Shown: in pieces, positions 25,829-40,900 of the stretch
How positions within the stretch are numbered: position 1 is the stretch's first letter
How the letters are laid out: each line of letters starts with the position of its first letter
From: Adineta vaga
Lineage: Eukaryota > Animalia > Rotifera
Reading direction: 5' to 3'
Assembly (NCBI GenBank): GCA_021613535.1
Contig: CP075494.1
Location: forward strand, 2,170,001-2,234,000
DNA length: 64,000 nt
Position numbers and translations under genes: made by a program
The notes under the pieces: generated by a model
The model's database searches: none
What the model saw: only the letters and a program-made list of their open reading frames with translations
Told to the model about the DNA's origin: nothing

Positions 25829-26091
25829 AAGCTTCTTTTGCCTTTCTACAGAAGACTTGTCTAAAAATACAATATTTTGAAATAAAATCAGTATCTTGTC
25901 GGTTTGACGTATTGTCTTTTCCTTATTTCGCTTATAACGCGTAACTCTCAATTGATTTTCCAACAAAGTGAAAACAGAAATGAAGGTGCATTGTATATAA
26001 AGATCGTTTGCGTCTAGTGAAGACGTTTTCTAAGACTTTAATGTAAAAATGAGCAAAGATATTCAAAACTTTCAATCTTTATTAGCTTCCC

Positions 26092-26140
26092 ATCTTGAAG
26101 GTGTGCAGACACAGGCATTTGCATCCGCATCCACACCCTT
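26092..26140. repeat. Palindromic element
   Basis: atcttgaaggtgtg..catccgcatccacaccct. Confidence 0.8.
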
Positions 26141-26807
26141 TTATAACTCGTATTTTGTCAATCGCATTAATATGAATTATATAATTTCTCGTACAAATCG
26201 TGTTTTTAAATTGTCCATTTCTCTAATAGTTTTGCGACATGTTATATGTTTATCAGGAATCGTATTTTTATATTTCGATACAATTGTCTTTTTCGAATTT
26301 ATATTCATCGATTAGAAATATTTTCCTTTACAAAAAGAAATTTTCATAGAAGATAAATTCAGTCATCGAAAGAATATTTAATCATAACAAATTACATTAC
26401 TGAATATGTAAAAAAAATATTATTTTCTTTGATTTTAAATTAAAATTAAAGAAGAATAAATATGTTTAAATCAAAATAAAAAATCGATTTGTTAATATTT
26501 CAAAGTTATAAAAATACCTGTGCTTTTACGACACAAAATATGCTTTTGTGTATTTACATCAATAGGCACATGGTATAGATTTACCTTTTGTTTTTCATCA
26601 ATATTCACTTTTTGATGACTATAAGCTGATTATTCGATAAAGTATCAATAAGTAAAAATACATTGACGTATGTGACTATCGATCGTCAACTGATCATTTG
26701 CGAAAGAAAAACAAAAATATTCTCCCCTAATATATATATTGTGTATCATAATCATTCATACGTAAAAGACAAGAAATCTTAAACATTGATTATAGATTAC
26801 AATAAAT

Positions 26808-29800
26808 ATGGAAATTCAAATTGAAAATAATATGATTGATGTTTCAAGCAATGCTTCGATTCCTTTCGAAAGTTCAAACGAGCCGGACTATTTGGATGAT
26901 TTACCAGAGAAATCAAAAGACAAGTATGTTTCATTTAGTTAATATTTCCAAACTATTCATTTTCTTCAAGTTTTTGTTCATGCATTTCAACACCAATTAA
27001 GATAACAATTTCAATTGGAATATTTACAACTTTAGCCATGTTAATCGGTATTCTTATTGTTTGTTTTGCATCACCAAAGCCACCAAGTATGTTAATTTTA
27101 TATATAATTAAAGTATAAATATCTTCTTTTATAGATAAAACATGTCGATACATTATCAAATCAGAAGCTCAAACTTCAATCAATGCCGATTCTCGACCAA
27201 ATGGAATTGCCCTTGGTGATTTAAATAATGATGGTCAAATTGATATAATTACTGCAAATTCTGGTTCAAATAAAATTGGAATATTTCTTCGCGAAAATTC
27301 TCAGACATTTACAAATCAAATCATCTATTCAACTGGAATGAATTCTCAACCATATTCAGTAACTATTAGTGATTTTAATCATGATCAACAATTAGATATT
27401 GCTGTTGCTAATTATGGTACAAATAATATTGGTATTTTCTTTGGATTAGGTAATGGATCATTGAGATTTTATCAAAACTTTCCTCTTGGATCATCTCGTC
27501 CAGTATGGATTGATCATGGTGATTTAAATAATGATACATTCATTGATTTAGTTACACTTAATTATGGTACAAATAATATTGGCATTTTATTTGGCGATGA
27601 AAATGGAAATTTTGCTCAACAATTCACTTATTCAAATGGATTTGATTCTGATTCATCTTCATTAATGATTAAAGATCTTAATAATGATCATAATCTGGAT
27701 ATTATTGTTACGAATTATGGAACAGATAATGTTGGCATCTTCTATGGATTTGGTGATGGAAGATTTAGAAATCAAATTCTACTGAATACTGGTAAGAATT
27801 CTCATCCATATTCAGTTGCTGTGAATGATTTGAATAATGATAAACATATGGATATTGTTGTTAGTTATTCTGGTACAAATCAAATTGGTGTCTTTCTAGG
27901 TATTGATAATGAAAGTTTTACAAAAGCAAATATCTATGCAACAGGAAAGAATTCTTTACCTTTATCTGTTGTGATTGGTGATATTAATAATGATCAACAT
28001 CTTGATATTGTTGTTGGAAATCATGATATTCCAAATATTGGTGTTTTTCAAGGAGATGGAACGGGTTTGTTCTCTGATGAAAGGATATTCTATACAAATA
28101 ATGATTGTAATCCGTATTTAATTATTACGAGTGATTTCAATAATGACAGTCAATTAGATATTGCTATTGTTAATTATGATTATAATTATCTTGATATTGT
28201 TTTGATACATAAAAATTATGCTTATGCTGATCAAATTACCTATAAAACAACTGGCCTTGGTCTTGGTTCTTCTCCTGGTGGAATTACAATTGCTGATTTT
28301 AATAATGATACTCATTTAGATATGGCTGTGGCTAATTATGGAATACATAGTATTGGAGTTTTTCTTGCCAACGATCATGGTAGCTTTTTAAATCAAATAA
28401 CTTATTCAACTGGTTCGGGTACAGGACCATGGTCAATTGCAAGTGGAGATTTCAATAATGATCAACAACTAGATATTGTTGTTGCAAACTATGATGGAAA
28501 TAGTATAAGTGTATTATTTGGTAATGGAAATGGTGAATTTTCGAATCTAACAACTTATTCAACTGGATCTGGTTCTGTTCCATATGCTGTTAAGATTGGT
28601 GATGCTAATAATGATAGTCACTTAGATATTGTTGTTGCTAATAGTGGTAGTCATACCATTGGTATCTTTTTGAGCTTTGGTAATGGAAGTTTTTTAAGTC
28701 AAAAAACATATTTAACTGGAAGTAATTCTCGACCGCATGATGTTATTGTTATTGATGTTAATAATGATACAATCCTTGATATAATTGCAGCTAATTATGG
28801 AACTAGTGACATAAGTGTTTTTATTGGTGAAGGTAATGGTAATTTTTCGAATCCCATTACTTATTCGACTGGAACTGATTCTGGTCCATCATCTCTTACT
28901 TATGGTGATCTAAATGGAGACAATTTACTTGATATTGTAATCGCTGATCCTTATCTAAGTCAATTAGGAGTTTTATTTGGATATAATAATGGTACTTTCG
29001 TATTAACAAGTACGTATTCAACTGGAAGCGGTTCTAGTCCAGGCTCCGTAACAATTGCTGACATTAATCATGATCAACAACTTGATATAATTGTTGCAAA
29101 CCGTTACTCGAACAACATCAATATTTATATTGGAAATAATAATGGAAATTTTTCGTTTCAAAAAAGTTATTCAACTGGAATAAATTCTCAACCATATTTT
29201 GTTACTGTTACTGATTTTAACAAAGATGATCGAGCTGATATTGCTGTTGCCAATTATGGAACCAGTAATATTGGTATTTTCATAGGATATAATGATAGTA
29301 GTTTTACTGATCAAACGATTTATTCAACTGACGATATATTTAAGTCTAATCCTCAATCTGTTATTGCTGGATATTTGAATAATGACCTTCAATTAGATAT
29401 TGTGGTCGCTAATTATTATAGTAGTTGTGTCGACATTTTTCTAGGATATAAAAATGGTAGTTTTTCAAATCCAATTACTTATTCAACAGGAACTGGTTCT
29501 GGACCAAATTTTGCTACTGTTGGTGATTTAAATAATGATAAACAATTAGATCTTATTGTTGCAAATTATGATGCGGGTAGTATCGGAATTTTTTTTGGCT
29601 ATGGGAATGGAACATTTTCTAATCAATTCACTTATTCAACAGGGAGTAATTCTAAACCATATTCTCTTGGTGTTGGTGATGTTGATAATAATACAAACTT
29701 GGATGTTGTTGTTGTGAATTCTGCGACAAATAGTATTGGAATTTTTCTTGGGCAAGGTTATGGAAATCTATCCAATCAAATAACTCATCTCATTGACGAT

Positions 29801-32515
29801 TGTAACAGTCCACGGACGATGGCTATTGGAAATCTTGATAATGATGAGTGTTTAGATATCGTAGTCATCTGTAAATCTTCGAACACTATGCATATTCTTT
29901 TTGGTGATTGCAATAGTTCTTTCTTGGATCAAACCATGTATCTAATTGGTATTGGTATGGAACCAAATAGTCTTGCCATTGGTGATCTGAATAATGATAC
30001 TTATTTAGATATAGTTGTGACCACATATTATGGTCGTAATATGTATGTTTTCTTTGGATCTAACAATGGAACTTTTCAAAATGTGGCAATTTATTCAACT
30101 GGTAGTGGTTCTCGACCATGTGCGTGTGGTATTACAGATTGGAATGATGATCATATTTTAGATATTATTGTTAGTAATTGTAACACAAATAATATAGTTT
30201 TATTTAAAGGATATGGAAATGAAACATTTTCTCTTGAACAAAACTATACAACTGGTATAGAATCATCTCCAATATCAATTGCATTTGGTTATTTTAATGA
30301 TGACAATCTTATTGATATTGTTGTTGCTAATTCTGAAAGCAATACTATGGGTATTTTCTTAGGTTATACTTATATGAATGGTAAACGTGAATCAATATAT
30401 TCAACAGGATCATCTTCTCAAGTACGAGCACTCGCACTTGCTGATTTTGATAATAATACTTATTTAGATATTGTTATGACAAATTATGGATTAGATAATG
30501 TTGGTATTCTTTTAGGACATATTAATGTAACTTTTCCATTGCAAACAACATTTTCAACTGGTACTTTATCATATCCAACTTCACTTGCTGTTGATGATCT
30601 TGATAATGATGGAAAATTAGATGTTATAATTGCCAATTCTGCTACTGAAAATGTTCTTATTTATTATGGATATGAAAATGATAGTTTTATCAATTCACAT
30701 ACGTATTCAACTAGTGTTGGTTCATCACCACAATCATTGGCTATCGGTGATTTTAATAATGATAAGAAACTTGATATTGCTGTTGTTAATATTGGTACAA
30801 ATAATATTTTCACAATGATGAAATATGATATTGGCGCATTTAGAAAACAAATAACATACTCTACTGGTATAGATTCTTCTCCAAGCTCAGTAAAGGTTGC
30901 TGATTTTAATAATGATGGCCAATTTGATTTTGTTGTTATTAACAGGGGTAATAGTAATATTGGTGTTTCTCTTGGTCAAATCGATGGTAACTTTTCTAGT
31001 CAAACAACATATTCAACTGGCTATCAATCAAATCCATGGGCAATCACAATTGCTGATCTGAATAAAGACACCTATTCGGATATCATTGTTAGTAATTTCT
31101 GGGGTAATAATGTCGGCATTTATCTTGGTCTTGGTGATGGAACATTTTCTAATCAAATAACTTGTTCAACTGGCTATTATTCATCACCATCCGATACTGC
31201 TGTTGGTCATTTCAATAATGATAATCATATAGATATTGTTGTTGCTCTTCAATATAGCTATTCAATAGGTATTTTGTATGGATATAGTAATGGTACTTTT
31301 TCCTATGAAAGGAGTTATTCCACAGGCGATTCATCATATCCGTCATCAGTAGCTACTGATGATTTTAACAAAGATGGATATTTAGATATTGTTGTTGCCA
31401 ATTATGGACGTTATAACATATATTTATTCCAAGGATCTAGAGATGGTACTTTTGTACATGTAATGATTTTATCAACTGGTATTGATTCAACGCCTCTATC
31501 ACTTGTTATTGCTGATTTTAATCAAGATTCTTTATTGGATATTGCTATTGGTAATGCTGGTACAGATAATATTGGAATATTTTTTGGAAATACAAATGGT
31601 ACATTTCTTGATCAAACAACTCTTTCCACAGGCAAAGGTTCTGCTCCATATGGAATTGCTGTCGGTGATTTGAATAATGACAATCAATTAGATATTGCTG
31701 TTGCTAATTATGGCTATGGTAATTTAGGAATTTTTCTTGGATGTAATAATGGGAGTTACTTTAGTCAAATAACTTATACAACTGGTGATTATTCTCAACC
31801 ATGGGATGTAGCTATTGCTGACTTTGATAAAGATAATCGTCTAGATATTATTATTGCCAATTTAGGTACTGATAATGTTGGTGTATTTTATGGATATGTT
31901 CTTGAAGATTATCTAAGTGCACCATCTTATTCCATTGGATCATCTTCACAACCAACATCAATTGCAGTTGGAGATTTTAATCTTGATATGAAATTAGATG
32001 TTGTGATTACAGATAATGCAACAAATAATATCATGATTTTATTTGGATCAGGTTATGGAACGTTTGTTAGTGAAATTATCTATTCAACTGGTCATAATTC
32101 TCATCCATGTTCAGTAACTGTTGCTGATCTTAATAATGATCAACAATTAGATATCATTGTAGCAAATTCTGGTACAAATAATATTGGTATTTTCTTAGCC
32201 AATGGAAGTGGAACATTTGCATATCAAATCACATATTTTACTGGTATTCGTTCTCAACCCAACTCCATTGCAATTTTAGATTTTAATAATGACACTTATT
32301 TGGATATTGCCGTTGCTAATTATGGTTCAAATAATATTCTCATCCTTTTTGGTTTTGGCAATGGAAGTTTTGGAGAACAAATAATATTTAATAGTGGTTA
32401 TCGTTCATATCCATATTCACTTAGCATAGGCGATATTAATCATGATAATTTAACGGATATTATTGCAACAAATAATGGATATGGAAATATTGATATTATT
32501 ATGAGAACTTGTTAA
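26808..32515 (+). CDS. Type II membrane protein with ~35 FG-GAP/VCBS repeats (~1870 aa)
   Basis: Exons 26808-26923, 26971-27086 (TM), 27135-32515; repeated DFNND..LDIVVAN motif. Confidence 0.9.
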
Positions 32516-32726
32516 TAGAATATCTTTTTTTCTCTTTTCTTAATAAACATTCTTATATATTCGAGTATATTTTCAGTTAGTAATAAGTCAAACTACAAAT
32601 GAAATATGAAATAGATATAATTAATCTTGCTATAGTGCATGTCGAGCGATTTTATTATAAGAAAGCTTCAAAATATCTTTAAGATCAAAATTCATTTAAA
32701 TAGATTTGATAACATTCAATCCTATA

Positions 32727-32802
32727 TTATGGGTGTGGGTGTGGATGAGAGTGCAGATAACTAATGAACATCCATCCACACCTACACCCACACCCTCAAG
32801 AT
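32727..32802. repeat. Palindromic element
   Basis: ttatgggtgtgggtgtggatg..catccacacctacacccacaccctcaagat. Confidence 0.92.
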
Positions 32803-33782
32803 GCGTGTTGTGTTAAGAAGCACAAGAAATTTTCTTTCTCTGTATCATATTTGACTAAAGTCTAGCGACATCTTTCATTTATTGCTAAAAATAAAGTTTC
32901 TTGTTTTGTATCTGTAACATTAAATGTTTCGAAATATCTCTTTGAATATGCCTTTTTTATGATTAAAACTAAATTTTAACTATCTTTCTCTCACAATTGG
33001 TTTATCCATAGAATATCAAAGTTATTTCTTCATATTTTTCTCAGACATTTATCTTATTAGACTCTACCATAAACCTATGAAAATCTCTAAAAACCAAATT
33101 ATATAATTATTTTCTTCATTTACGTCATATCATGAAATTCTAAACGCGTCTCAGTTATTCATTGCATCTGTAAGTATGACAGATCATATCAGTATAAATC
33201 ATAATGATACACGTTATTCTCTGGGTATGATTCATTCCAATGAGTGTTCCTGTTTTTTTTCTTTAATATCGCTTTTTGCAATGTCATTCTATCAACGCAA
33301 ATAAATACATATATATATATATATATATATATACATTTTATTTTTTTGTAAAGTAATTTCTAACGTTACATTTTGAACTCGCATATTCATTATTGGGGTA
33401 TGTAATTGACTAGGTTGTTTTTTTCATAACATGCTTTATAGTACGGTCTTTGTTTCTCAAGGAAGATATCTAAACGATCCTCTCGATTTTTATGCTGTTA
33501 GTTTAGATAGACGTTTCATTCACTGTAACTTGACAAACCCTCTAAAATCTATTTTGAAGAAGCCTTAATAATTTTTTTGAATATACGACTTATTACAAAC
33601 TATCCCATAACAGGTTCGTATCGTGAAAGAAGAAAGTCGTATAATATTTTAATACAAAACATAAATGAAGGAAAAAAACATGTAACTTGCTGATGTGTTA
33701 TTATTTACATGCACGTGATAAATCTAATTTGAATGATTAGTGAACAGTGAAAATAATAGATTTTTCCTTGTTTTTTTACAGC

Positions 33783-34598
33783 ATGATATCATTGAAGCAA
33801 CCCGCAGTTTTTCTTACTCACGGAGCTGGTCCTTGTTGGTTTGTAGATGGCAATGATTTTCCACACTTTGCCGACATCGACAAAAATAGCGCCGGTGCAA
33901 AATGGTTTCGACAATTACCTCACCAACTCGGTCAAAACGAACAAAATAAACCAAAAGCAATTCTGCTAGTTACTGCTCATTGGGAAACCAATGGTGTCGT
34001 TAATATTAGTGCACAAAGTCAACATACAGATTTATATTATGATTATGGTGGCTTTCCAAAAGAGACATATGAAATAAAATTTCAACCAAAAGGCGACCTT
34101 CAATTATCTCAACAGGTTTTCGAGTTATTACAAAACTCAGGTATTAATGCTGTGCTCAATTCGAAACGAAATTTTGATCACGGTGTGTTTATTCCATTGA
34201 AATTGATGTATCCGAATGCTGATATTCCTGTTGTTAGTATGTCCATTCTCAATACATACTCACCTGAACAGCATATTGCTATAGGCAAAGCCCTATCCCC
34301 TTTACGAGAACAAGGTGTATTGATAATTGGCTCTGGATCAATCACTCATGGACGAGCTTCTGGCGAGCAAAGCAATGCGTTTGTCGATGCAGTTACAAAT
34401 TCTTTACAGACATTATCAGAAAACGAAAGACAGGATGTATTGATCAATTGGACTAAATTACCTTACGCGCGAGAAAATCATGGTCGTGAAGATCATTTAG
34501 TTCCCTTACATGTGATTACAGGAGTTGCTGGTCAAGATAGATGTCAAATATTAAATCCACATTTATCAAAGTCACTAGCAGCATACTCATTTTCATAA
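33783..34598 (+). CDS. Extradiol ring-cleavage dioxygenase, LigB/DODA (YgiD-like)
   Basis: FLTHGAGP, TAHWE, YDYGGFP, DHGVFIPL, GSG, HGREDHLVPL motifs. Confidence 0.9.
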   Translation: MISLKQPAVFLTHGAGPCWFVDGNDFPHFADIDKNSAGAKWFRQLPHQLGQNEQNKPKAILLVTAHWETNGVVNISAQSQHTDLYYDYGGFPKETYEIKFQPKGDLQLSQQVFELLQNSGINAVLNSKRNFDHGVFIPLKLMYPNADIPVVSMSILNTYSPEQHIAIGKALSPLREQGVLIIGSGSITHGRASGEQSNAFVDAVTNSLQTLSENERQDVLINWTKLPYARENHGREDHLVPLHVITGVAGQDRCQILNPHLSKSLAAYSFS

Positions 34599-34811
34599 CT
34601 CTTTATTAGTATTGGATCCAATAGTGTTGAAAGATTAATCACCTTTTTTTTCTTTCTATTGGTATATTTTTATTCTGAAATATAATGAAGAATTGAACCA
34701 GGCACTCTCCTAGAGTAATATCCACCTCTTTCTTAGATTCGCACACATACTCTAAAAAAATCGATTTCGAATAAGATGTTCGTAAAGAATGTAGATATTC
34801 GTCAATTATGG

Positions 34812-34870
34812 ATTTAGAGGGTGTGGGTGTGAAAGAAGAAGCGATACACCCACACCCACACACTCAAGAT
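34812..34870. repeat. Palindromic element
   Basis: atttagagggtgtgggtgtg..cacccacacccacacactcaagat. Confidence 0.92.
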
Positions 34871-34932
34871 TTTTTTATATTACGAAAGTTCAGATGTTTT
34901 TGAAAAGAAGTGACCGCGATCGATAAAGTTTG

Positions 34933-37900
34933 TTATTGATGGGTTTGTCGTCGCCAACTTTGTAGAAATTCTTTGAAAGTTTTCATGTACAACTCTGAGG
35001 GAAGGACAAATACAATGAAGACAAGCATGGATGGAGTGAATGAAATGAAATAACCACAAAGATACAACCATGGATTGTTAGACACATTCATACAACCAGA
35101 CACCAATGAAGTAATGATACGAGGCAACGATAGAACGAGCAGAATGATGGGACTGATTATCAGTTGTTTCTGCTCACTTAACTGTTTAAGAATATGATTT
35201 CCGTAGGTTCGTCTATGACGAGCTACTGATCGTTGTCGAGCAGTTCCGAAGATGATATATAAAGCAGACAGGAGATTAGTAATGAAGGGGACAATGAGAT
35301 GAAAAAATAGAATAGCTGTATTGTAGTCTTGCACGAAACGGGAATAACTGATAGCACACAAAACATGGTTTTCTGACACGTATTCGGTTGACTCATTTAT
35401 CGTTGTTTCATACTTCATGGGCTCGTATGTCATTGACTCGGTTGTTTCCGTCGCATATTCTTCTGATTTGTTTGTCCATCTATCATATTTCTTTGGTTTG
35501 TATTTCTCGCTCGTGTATTTAAACAAATTACGATATAAAGGTTCGTGGATAAGTGTACCCATAACGAAGAACGGTAAAACTACGATTACCCATCGTGCCA
35601 CGCGTGTACTCTGATTTTTGTTGAATCCGACGCCTTTAGATACATTGACCGCCCGTTCTACAGCGACACACGCATTGAGCCACGCGCCAAGATATACAAA
35701 AACTTTGAGAAGTGGTTCGATAAACACACAACCACTCCAAAGAATGGAGAGACTGACAGATTGTTTTATTTCAGTGACAAGAAGAAACCAAAATTTGACC
35801 GTAAATAGAGAGATTGTCAGAAGAGAAGTGATCGATGATGCTAGCAGATATATTCCACAACCGACTTTCCGTAGATCTGCATTTTGAAACGTGAACAAAG
35901 AAAGAATACCACTGATCAGACCAACAACGAACATGATTATTGTCAGAGCAGCACTCACTTTCACTAAGAATGGTTGATGACCCAACGTCGTATTCGATCG
36001 AATTTCGTTGCGCAAAATGTCATCAAGGGTCAAACCAATACCTTTTATGTACGAGTTACACCAATCACCAATAGTACAACTACTATGCCTTTTAACTAAA
36101 AAAATTACATGCATATAGTTTCAGAACTTTTCATGTTAAAGAAAATACATTCTGCGTCTTACCGAAATATTCAACCAATTCGTGCAATTTTAATTATCAA
36201 ACAAGAAAACTGAGAAGTGTATCGGACACAATCAGATAAAAACTACAGAGAGCGTAAAACACATCAGTCAAAGAAAGCGATTGACGCTACATTAAAATGC
36301 AACGATTCTTCGAAATCTTGCTCCCTTTAGATAATGAAATTTGCAGACGCTTTTATAAATCGAAGGAGAAAATTAATTTTACAAATATACTCTGAATTTT
36401 TTTCTTTATGTATTATCTACCATGCAGTAAGATACAGATACTCACTAATACGATTGAGACTGACGTTGTTTGGACCAGCAGCAAGCACTGAATAAGATCC
36501 CTGTACATCTGGATCAAATGTTGTCACAACCAGTACGTACGTCATGTTAGCCTGAAGGTACGCCGCAAAATGAAAATGATATCCATCACAATCATATCCA
36601 CTTTGTGAGAGTACATTCTCACTAGGGTTGAATGGATCAAAATCGTTCTTGTAAATGTAGCCGTATGTTAATATAGTGCTATTACTGTCAAAACTATAGA
36701 CACCATTGTCTTGCACATTTACGTGTATAGTTTCATAATGATAGTTTGTTCGTCCGCAAACACGAGAATATGTTTGAGTTTTCACAGTCAGTTCTGATAC
36801 ATATATTGATTGAATCACTATTAGAAGATGACAATCAGAATTTACATTTTATGAAAAGAGATGAAACTATTTATCTTTGAATTGAATAAATAATAATATT
36901 GAGAAAACAATGCCATAAAATGGATATGAAGAATGAATATAAAGTCGGGGCAACTAATGAAAACATTCTAGTGTAAAAATTTCACAGTATTTCGAATGTG
37001 AAAACTGAGTTACAGAAAAATTGGCTCGACTAATGGGGTTTTCTACTGAACAGAAAATGTTCTAACGAGTAAGACATGTCGTAGACATACAGGGGAATTG
37101 ATATTATCAACATTTTTTGCTTCTGTACTTATTACTGAAAAAGTGCAAATACTCACTTATGCGATTTAATGTAACGTTGTGCGCACCAGATGCAATGATT
37201 GAGAATGTGCCTATCGTATCTGGACGATACGTTGTCAGAACTAATACGTATGTGACGTTGGATTGAAGGTACAGAACGAATGAAAATTGAGCATTGGTAC
37301 ATCCATCATTATTCTGTGAGAGAACATTCTTACGTGTATCATACGGATCAAAATAGTCTTTGAAGAAATAACCGTATGTATCAAAACCACTATCACTTGA
37401 AAAACTGTAAAAGTCAGATGTGATCACATTTATCTGAATGGCTTCATAATAAACTTCTAATGATGTGCACCCTTCACGTCTATATGTCTGACTATTCGTA
37501 GTCAGCGATGATGAATATATAGATTGGATGATTGGTAGAGTATCTAGTTCAATATAACAAGAAGTATTCAATATTCCTGAAGAATTTGTATTAGATCAAA
37601 AGCTCTACTATTGTCTTCTCCTCTTGTACATATTCTTCACGTGAACTAGCTGTTATATTTAGATTACTTAAATGCTTCAAAAATGTCGGACTTCGATCCC
37701 ATACGAAATCTGCTATTCATAAATCTTCGACTCGCATAAAGGAAATCATAATCAGTTTCAGTCGCGTTCACATAGCCTGTTTCAGCTGACAAGTCAAAGA
37801 TAGATTATCTATGGCCACATGAGGAAACTATAAACTGTTAATTATTGTTTTCAGCAGTTTTATAACACCAGAACATAATCGTGACTAATGCGTTGAGCGA

Positions 37901-40900
37901 AATAATAATAATTTGTCATGCTAACTAGGCGACTGAAAAGTAATAAGTCGTCTGCTGCCACTTCGAGCAGTCATCCAATTTAAATAGAAATTAGTGCATG
38001 CAGCCGGATCAAAACCTCTAATAGTTTATTATATCAATATCATATTTTCACTGTATTTTAACGAACTTTGTTACTTATTTCAGTTCAGTTATAAATTCTT
38101 CAAATTACCAGATTACATAAGATCAAATATATGAGAACGTTCTTCACTTTTGAAGGAAAACCCATGGGGAAGAATTCTCTTAGGCTTTCTCCTATCTCAC
38201 TGTACTCGATCAAATGAGAAATTAGTGGATCAAACCGGAGCGTGTCACCCTGATGGTTCGTTCGTAATTTCCAATTCCCTGACAATCAGATAATAAGATT
38301 ATCAGTGTAAATAACTGTTTAATAGTCTCTGAATGATGATATCATCTTTTTCATGAAGAAACATTTTTTGTGAAATCGATAGTAGTGTGCAATAATTCTT
38401 GCTAAGCACTCAATATTACGCTGAGAACACAGTATGGACATGTTTAGCGTCTTCAACTGTATGCGATAAGATATACTTAGAAAACTATCCTACAAGATGG
38501 ACATGGTAGATGTTCACCGTATTAATTTAGTATATTCTATTGCAACTTTGTAGATTGATTCACATTTCAGTGACAGAATATCTAGCAACTTGAGAAACAT
38601 TGTGAAAACTCTTAGAAATAGCTAACAACCGGTCAAGTAGACTGATTTTTGCAATCATCAGTTCTTCAGTAAATCATTAAAATGCTAGCATCGATAAGGA
38701 CGAGCTTTACTTGTCAAGAAGTAATTGATAGTTAAAAGAAGAAACTAAATTTATCAACATTTTCTCAATTTTGGATTGCTCCTCGAATACTCCACAAAAT
38801 ATCAGGTACACTCACCAATAGAAGTAAAACTAACGTTGTTTGGACCAGTTATAAGCACTGAGAACACTCCTGTTACAGCTGGATCAAATGTTTTCACTAC
38901 TAATATGTAGTTAATGTTGACCAAAAGATGAGTTTGAAATTCGAACTGATTACTACGATAGTTTCGATCTGTCTGTAAAAATAAGTTAACAGTTGGATTG
39001 ATTGGAATGAAATCATCCTTGTATATATAGCCGTATGTAGCGATTGTACTATTGCTGACAAGATTGTAACACCCAGTCTCAATCACATCCACTTGTATGG
39101 CTTTATAGTGATGAGTTGGTGTACCGCAACCAATGGGCATAAATGTTTGACTATTCTCAGTTAGTGCTGATGAATATTTCGATTGAATAATTGATGCATT
39201 ATCTATTGAATCAGAAGAGAAAAATATCCGTACTTTGACGTATACTTTTTCATGCTATTTACAGAATGTTTTCAGTTATGAAAAGGAAAGGAACAGTATA
39301 TAGAGTAATCGAACGATAGATTTTGCATGATAACAGTTCAAACCCACGACGAAAAAAATGCAAATAAAGCTATAAAAGATATCGAGATTGAGGCCCTCTA
39401 ATGTAGAAGACTTAACTGTCGGTGTAGCTTTGTTCAGCTAGTTTTATTGATTATTGTCATTCATTATGGCGACTAGATTTATTTTCAATTCGTCGGCAGA
39501 CAAAATTATTTTACCTGACTTCTAAAAGTCTTGTATAATTGGATTTATTAGTCTCCGAGACAAATGTTGATAATGAGTCAAAGTCAGTTACTATAATAAT
39601 ATATTGATGCAAGCAAAGCACACTTGCCAAATTGACTTAGTCAAATTGATCAACAAATAGTTTTCTTCTTTTGATAACTCTGATCTGCCGTAGTATAATT
39701 CCAGAGATACAAAGAAGGAGAATGATTCATTTTCGGTTATTTTAGTGACAAATTCGTTATAGTTTACAATACATTAATCATTCAAAGCATTTTTGTTCTT
39801 CCATATACTTGTGTGTATAGTCCTTCCGAAAACGGTGAACTTTATGGAAGAAAAAACGAAAAAGTATTATTCGTCATAAAAAAACAATACGTTTTCGTAA
39901 CGGTGCATTCTTAGATTCAACGGTAAGCTAATATCAAATCTCGCATCAATTAGTTCTTTTAGAAAAATATGGAAATAACATTTACTTACTGACAGTATTT
40001 ACCAATAAAATAAATTTTTGAATTCGATTATTATTTTGATCAGCCACAAAGATGTTGCCAGAACTATCAAAAGCTGCGGCATATGGATAATGTAAATGAT
40101 TAGGTGTCGAGCCAGAGGCGCCTGAACATCCAACTATGCAGTACAGCTCAGTGGATCGTGATCTAACAATACGATGATTCCCATTATCTACAATGAATAA
40201 GTGGCCATCGGCATCCAAGAACACAGCTGTTGGGTAACGAAGGTTAATATTTGATGTACTAGTACTTCCTGCTACCGTTATCCCATCTAGCTTTCCAAAC
40301 TTGAAGAGTTGGATTCTGTTGTTAAAGCAATCTGCTACATATAAATCGAAGTTGATGTCAACAAAGATTCCGCGAGGCTGATCAAGCATATTGTCAGCTG
40401 ATCCTTTAGTGCCATTACCCGCACTTATAAATAACATATTCGTATCATCATCCAATGACTGCTTCGCAACTTGGTGTTTATCTGCCAAAGAGCAGTAAAG
40501 ATAATTCGCGATATCGACAAACAGCCCAGAACAATAGCTAGATACATTCATTACGAGAATGCCGTTCGTCGCATTCGGAGCCCATTTTTTCACATTACCA
40601 TTGGCATCACCGCCGACATAAATGTCTCCATCAATCGTGACAAAAAGGCCCCAGGGAAAAATGAAATGATTCAAGATAATTGTCGTCGGAGTTGTGCTAT
40701 TTACGCCCCATGCATGAACTTCCTTTTTGGACAGATCAACCACATAAACTGTATTGTTTCTATCAACGAAAACGTCAAGTGGTTCGGAGCCGACTACTGT
40801 TCCTTCTGCAAATGTGATTCCCCGAGGATCCCATTGTGAACAACCAGACAATTTCGGTTGATTGTACGATACTCCTATAATGTTAAAGATTCACATAATA

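Noticed and set aside
33306-33335. (TA)n and (CT)n tracts (also 13947, 42140, 60345)
   Set aside because: Ordinary microsatellites
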